From Fonticula alba ATCC 38817 (Eukaryota > Protista > Nucleariida), in NCBI GenBank assembly GCA_000388065.2, contig KB932202.1: DNA of 24,831 nucleotides. One strand, given 5' to 3'. Position 1 is the stretch's first letter. Each line of letters starts with the position of its first letter. Under the pieces are notes generated by a model. That model saw nothing but the letters and a program-made list of their open reading frames with translations, did not search any database and was not told where the DNA came from. The position numbers were made by a program, and so were the translations under genes. This document shows, in pieces, positions 19,371 to 24,831 of this stretch.

Positions 19371-22085
19371 ATGGCCGGGCTCCCCTTGCCGGCGGTCCCC
19401 ACGCTCGGGGAGATCCTGGCACCACGAGCTCCCGGACTGGCCGCCTCGCGGTACATCAGCGGCCGGGCGTCGATTGCCACCTCCACGCCGAGTCTCTTTC
19501 CCGGGCTCGGCGGAGCAAAGTCATCCTCCCCGGCAGAAAGCAGTGTCACCGTGGCGGTGCGCGTGCGCCCGCCCAACTCGGCCGAAGTCCAGTCTGGCCG
19601 TGCCACCAACACAGTTCAAGTGCGCCCTCCAGATGCCGGACCCCATTCTTTTGTGGGGTCTCCGTTCTTGCCTCCACCCTCTTCCGACTGGCCTTACACC
19701 TTCGTGTTTCCCCCCTCCCTCCCCCCTGCCCCTTTCCTGTGTCCGCGCTCTCCTCGAAATGGGCCAGGTGCTCGATGATCATATTGTCTCCTTCGACGCG
19801 CCACCACCCGGGACAGCCAGCCAGTCCGGCCGCCCGCCGGTGCCCGGAGAGCGGCGCTTTCGCGACCTACGCTTTGCCTTCGACCGGGTGTTCGGCCCGG
19901 AGGCCAGTCAAGCTGCCGTGTATGAGGCCACAACCAAGCCCCTGGTGGCGGCTGTGCTGGAGAAGGGCTTCAACTGCTCGGTCTTCGCGTACGGCGCCAC
20001 GGGAGCCGGGAAGACCTACACCATGCTCGGGTACGATGGGGTTCCCGGGGTCATGATGTTCACCATGGAGGAGCTTTTCGAGCGGATCGAGCAGCTCCGC
20101 GATGACCGGGCCATCGAAGTGACCATCAGCATGCTGGAGGTGTACAATGAAACCATTCGCGATCTGCTGGTTCCACTTGGCACGCGGCCCCAGTCGCTGG
20201 ATGCGCGGGAGCAGCCTGACGGCGAGATCACCATCGCCGGGCTGACCGAGCATAGCCCCACCAATGCGGCTGAGGTGCTGGCACTGCTGGGGCTCGGCCA
20301 CCAGAACCGCACCATGTCGCCCACCTGCGCCAATGCCACCTCCTCGCGATCGCATGCGGTGCTGCAAATTCGCCTCCGGCAGCAGCCGCGCATCAGCGGC
20401 TTGCACACGTCCATCCAGCTGTCCAAGCTATCCCTCATCGATTTGGCCGGATCGGAGCGCGCCTCGGCCACCACCAACTCCGGCGACCGGTTCCAGGAGG
20501 GTGCCAACATCAATCGCTCGCTGCTGGCCCTGGCCAACTGCATCAATGCCCTGGGTGATGCGTCGGTGTCGGGCACGACGAAGCATGTTCCCTATCGCGA
20601 CTCGAAGCTGACTCGGCTGTTGAAGGGTACGTCCACCGCATGCTGGGCTCCTTTGTCCTCTTTTTTTTTTCCCCCCTGGCCGCAAGGGCGTGTGTCCGGG
20701 CTAATGTTCCCCTGCTCCTGGTTCCTGGTCCCTCTTTCTCTCTCCCCCCCCTCTCTCTCTCTCCCTCCCTCTCTCCTTCTTCCGGGCTTTTGCGTGCACT
20801 CGCACGCACACCCTTCCTCCGGGCGGTCTTGCCTTGCTTGGTGCCGGGGCCGGCCATAGATTCGCTCGGGGGCAATTGCAAGACAGTCATGATTGCCAAT
20901 GTGTCTCCCTCGGACCTGCACTATGAGGACACCTACAACACGCTGAAATACGCCAACCGCGCGAAGGAGATCAAGTTGTCTGTCTCGCGCACGGTCCTGA
21001 GCGTGGAGCACCATGTCACGCAGTACACGAACATCATCCGCCAGTTGCAGGATGAGCTTCAGGAACTACGCGGGCGCCTGGCCGACCGAGACTCCAAGCT
21101 GAAGGAGGCCAACCAGTATGTGCACATGCTCGCGCAAGTGCCCGATGGCCATCATAGCGTGTCCCGCTCTCGTTGGCCTTTTCCCTGTCCACTCACTCCC
21201 TGGCCCATTCTCTTCGTTTGTCCTCTCCCCCGGGGGCGCGGGGCGGGGCCAGGCGTCTCCACACGCAAGTGGCGCCGGAGCTCGCTCCAATGACGGAGCC
21301 CGCCCCCACCGCAGCTGACCTGGCCGCCAAGGCCCGGTCCCTGGTTGATGTCTTCGCCAGCGAGCTGGAGCCGCTGTGCGAGCAGAAGCGTGCCCTGATG
21401 ACCGAGGCCATTCGCCTGCAGAGCGTGGAGAACCAGCTCAAGCATGCCCGCTGGGTGTGCCAGTCGTCGGGACTGGATTCGACCCTTCGCCCGGGGCTTG
21501 GCCTGGACCAGGCGCAGCAGCGTCTCCGGGATTTGATCACAACATGCCTGGATGATGGTGATGTCCTGACGGCGGGGCTTGACTGTAGTGCATCAGGTCA
21601 GTGGCCTGTCTTTTCATCCGGCATCCCATGGTCCTGCTTCTGACGCCTTGCTCTGCCGCATCCCTCTTTCTCTCTCTCTCTCTCTCTTGTTTTTACACGG
21701 CGCTCCTCTTCTCGCACTGGTCTGGGCTGCCCATCCGCGTGTATGTGACTGATCCACATCCAGTCGATGAGGTATCTGCCAAGCTGCAACGTCTGCATGG
21801 GGACATCACGGCATTGGAGCTGCGCATGGATGAGCTGCTGGCTGGCCACCTGCGGGCCTTGGGACCAGCGGCCGACATCGGCGCATCAATCGATGCGACC
21901 CTCCTACGGGCGCAACTCGATGTCCGGAATTCCGAGCTCTATGCATTCATGTTGCATGAGCAGCTTCGCCACAACCAGGGCCTCTTCTCCAAGCAGTCAG
22001 GGCTGGTGTCGCAGCTGATCCAGATGAACCTTCAGGGTGGCGAGCAGCGCGCCTCGATCGCGACGGCGGACATCAGCACCATCAG

Positions 22086-22130
<45 letters not shown>

Positions 22131-23711
22131 CGCTGCTGGCGCTGCTCCCGCGGCCTCTATCGAGGCGGATCCCGCGTCTGTTGTGGCAATGGCTGCCATG
22201 ACGCCGGTGGCCGGGCCATCTGGCCTGGCGGAAACCGCACTGTGCGTCCTCCTCCCATCCGGCTTGCCACCCGCTTCCACCTCAGTGCCACTCACTTGCA
22301 TGCGCTCTTCCTCCCGTCCCCGGGCTCTTGCTCGCTCCCTGCCATCCGCCTGCCTTCCAGTGCCGTGGACTTGCTTGCCGATGAGACGATGTCCTGCTTC
22401 GATGGGATGGCCTCCACCGAAGAGCTGCCCACCTTGAGCGACATCAGCCCGCCATGGGCGTCCGATGGTCCCGACTCGGCTCGAGTCCTGGCTGTTGCCG
22501 CCGTGGCGGGGGAGCTCGCCTCGTCCCTGAACGCGGTGGACTCGGCCGCCACCAAAAAGCCCTCCCTTCACAATACCAGCGGCAGCCGAAGCATCGGCAG
22601 CCGCAGCAGGAAGACCAACGCCAATTCCGGCGCGAGCATCAAAAACGACAGCAGCGCAAGCCCCAGCACGCCAAGCACCCCGAGCCGTAGCGCGAGGCGG
22701 CCGCCTGCTGGTCGGAATGGCCCGGCCCGGCTGGCCAGCATCGACTCCGGCTCGAGCTCGGGCACTGGCACCGGCACCGGCACCGGCACCGGCACTGGCA
22801 CCGGCATTGTCACCGGTACTGTCCCATTGGAGACATTCCCCCTGTCACCGGCGGCCGGTGCCGCGGTCAAGGTGTCACCATTAAAGCAGGACCTATCGAC
22901 ATCGGCCAATGGGCCGGATGATGAATCGGCCCCGGGGCCGCGTGGACGCACGCGCAATGCTGCCCTTTCGTCGTTGGCCCTGCGTGCGTCGAAGGCCACG
23001 CAAGCCCTGCGACTGGCGGATAGCCGGAGCCGCCCGGCCCCATTGGAGCGCACTCCTTCGGCGGGTGCATCTGCCAGCGCGTCTGGCTCTGCCGGCGGGA
23101 CGGCAGTAGCCTCGGCCGTCTCGGCGACTGTGGCCGATGGCCCGGTCTTTCCCCGGGCCGCGGCCGCGAATGCCCCAGGCCCGGCAGCCGGGACGCCTGG
23201 CCGGTCATCGACATTGGCATCGGCATCGAGCCGAGTGCAGCGCCTGAGCTTCGGCCTGCGGGCGGCGCAGGATGAACTGCGCCTTGTTCGGGGGCTGGAA
23301 TCGCCGCTAACGCCCCCCCCGGCTGGGGGCCCATCGGCTTCGGAGCAGCCGGCCGGTCGGCGCTTGTCCCACGTGCTCATGCCCCGCTCGCGTGCTTCCT
23401 CCCTGACACCGCCAAATGCCGTGTTCGCTTCGCGAGCTGTTCTCCGGCCGGGTGGCGACTCGCTCCATGGGTCGAATGGCCCAAGCGGCGGCGGCGGCGG
23501 CGGCGGCGGGTCGGCTGCCGGGGCGGCCGGCGCTGGTGCGAGTGCATCCTCCCTTGGGGGCTTCGTTTCGCGACGCCTCTCCGGCCTGACGTCGCTCTCG
23601 TCACATTGGGACGGTCAAGGGGGTGGGTCGTTCCAGCGGCCGGGCCCCTCGGGGGCTTCGTCCTTCGTGTCCGGGGGCGGTGGGGCCTCCTTCTTCGGCG
23701 ACCGGCGATAG
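19371..23711 (+). CDS. Kinesin-8 family motor (Kip3/KIF18/KIF19-like). Exons: 19371-19619, 19768-20626, 20860-21115, 21253-21596, 21764-22241, 22361-23711; 1178 aa
   Basis: Motifs seen: VTVAVRVRP, extended loop 2 ending [16 protein letters not shown]-loop [14 protein letters not shown], switch [14 protein letters not shown], switch [47 protein letters not shown]|DSLGGNC and [18 protein letters not shown]. Coiled-coil segments and a low-complexity tail follow. Phases sum to 3537 nt. The tail exon junctions rest on splice signals and phase only. Confidence 0.92.
22090..22137 (+). repeat. (GCT)n repeat encoding poly-Ala in the kinesin stalk
   Basis: Encodes AAAAAAAAAATAAAAA in exon 5. Confidence 0.9.
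22761..22802 (+). repeat. (GGCACY)7 repeat encoding (Gly-Thr)7 in the kinesin tail
   Basis: Read directly from the sequence, in frame in exon 6. Confidence 0.9.
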
Positions 23712-24657
23712 GGTGCGAGCGGGAGTGTGTCCCCCCCCCCCCCCCTACTTCCGGGGCTGCCCTCCCTCGCCGTCCTGGCGCGAGGTGTTAACCGCTGACC
23801 TAGCATGGCACCCATCGGCGCTTTGCATGGTGCTGGCGTTTGGTCGGCCTCGCCACGAGCCCCAACCCCTCTGCCCCTCTCGTCCCCTCTGCACCCCGGG
23901 GCTTTCGCCCCCTTGTGCCATGTCCTTGTGTGAATTTATCTTCTTCCCTATCTTCCCCCTTTGCTGTTCGGAGCTGCCGGGGGGGAGGGGGGGGGGGCGG
24001 TTGGGGAATGCGAGGGGAAAAGGGGGGAGGGCGGGAGCGCTGTGCCATGCCCGAAGAGTGTTCACTCGCCGGGATATTTCCCCCAACCGGGGACCATTGC
24101 TGGTGCGGTGGCGATGCATGGTGCGTGCTAATCGGCGCCGGCATGCCTGTGCCTGCATGCCTGTGCTGGCATGCCTGCGTCTCGCCTGCACCCCATTTGG
24201 CCCGGGGTCCCTCCCCCCAGGGGCGCCGGGGCCAAGCTTTGCGCCCTTTCGCTGGCCACCGAGTAGTCAGTCCGCTCCTCGGGGCGTCTGTACTTGTGTG
24301 AGGGTCTGCGAGCGGGGGGGGGGGGGGGGGGGCGGCGGAAGGGAGGCGCGAGGGCGGTCTCTGCCCCTCATTGGCAAGATCCTGGTCAACTGCAACCCCC
24401 CCACATGCAGATCCTGTTGCAGGAAGGGCGGTCCCAAATCCGGGCGCTGAAGGAGTGGCGTGGGTGTGCACGCGTGTTGCAGTTGCTCTCCCGCCCCCGG
24501 CCCCTCGCCCCCCGGGGGGGGGGGGGGGGGGGCGGGCCGGGTTTCGGGGTGCGCGATCCTGGCATAGTCCTTAACTCCGAGGGTGTCCGTCGGCAGCTCA
24601 GTGTGTATTCTCTTCGGTCCTTCGACGAACCGTCTTGGGTCGGTATTCCCTCGGGGC

Positions 24658-24660
<3 letters not shown>

Positions 24661-24700
<40 letters not shown>
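24661..24700 (+). repeat. (TC)20 microsatellite, intergenic
   Basis: Read directly from the sequence. Confidence 0.92.
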
Positions 24701-24703
<3 letters not shown>

Positions 24704-24831
24704 TTCTCGGCGTGCGCGCGTAGGCTGGGACGGGGTCAGCGAATCCTCCACATATGTGCGGAAAATATGCCGGTGAATATATATTTTGATCTCCCAAACA
24801 GCCAGCCCTCAAGGCGACCTTATTTTTCCAA

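Noticed and set aside
18628-20859. 743-aa ORF that appears to give the kinesin a long hydrophobic N-terminus
   Set aside because: It is intergenic and intronic read-through. The VAVRVRP strand of the motor lies in another frame (exon 19371-19619) and joins at 19768 through a GT-AG intron.
1460-23711. The five genes as a functional cluster or novel system (for example, amine secretion via COPII and kinesin)
   Set aside because: They are unrelated housekeeping functions in mixed orientation, typical of ordinary eukaryotic gene order. No tailoring enzymes, transporters or mobility genes flank the decarboxylase.

Overview
GC-rich, intron-dense eukaryotic genomic DNA with three assembly gaps (4108-4204, 6503-6718, 16521-16530). 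I reconstructed five spliced protein-coding genes by hand, and every exon phase adds up: Sec24C/D-type COPII subunit (+, 7 exons, ~1249 aa), free-standing cytosolic glutamyl-tRNA synthetase (-, 4 exons, 685 aa), TFIIH p62/Tfb1 (-, 11-12 exons, ~710-725 aa), a group II PLP aromatic L-amino-acid decarboxylase (+, 6 exons, 551 aa) and a kinesin-8 (+, 6 exons, 1178 aa). The unfused GluRS, CTAAC/CTGAC branch sites and poly-C/CT introns suggest a unicellular opisthokont, possibly Fonticula-like; this is inference and was not checked. I found no CRISPR array, mobile element, RNA gene or functionally linked gene cluster, so I cannot support a new multi-gene system here. The most notable signals are: (1) a 5' splice-site consensus with a pyrimidine at +4 in 27 of 29 introns; (2) one GC-AG intron that also carries the only long sense-strand intronic G-run; (3) a strand-specific poly-C signature that tracks transcription and points to a possible unannotated + strand unit at ~10.1-10.8 kb; (4) a DDC/TDC-type decarboxylase with an altered catalytic loop; (5) a Sec24 N-terminus with ~17 PPM motifs.
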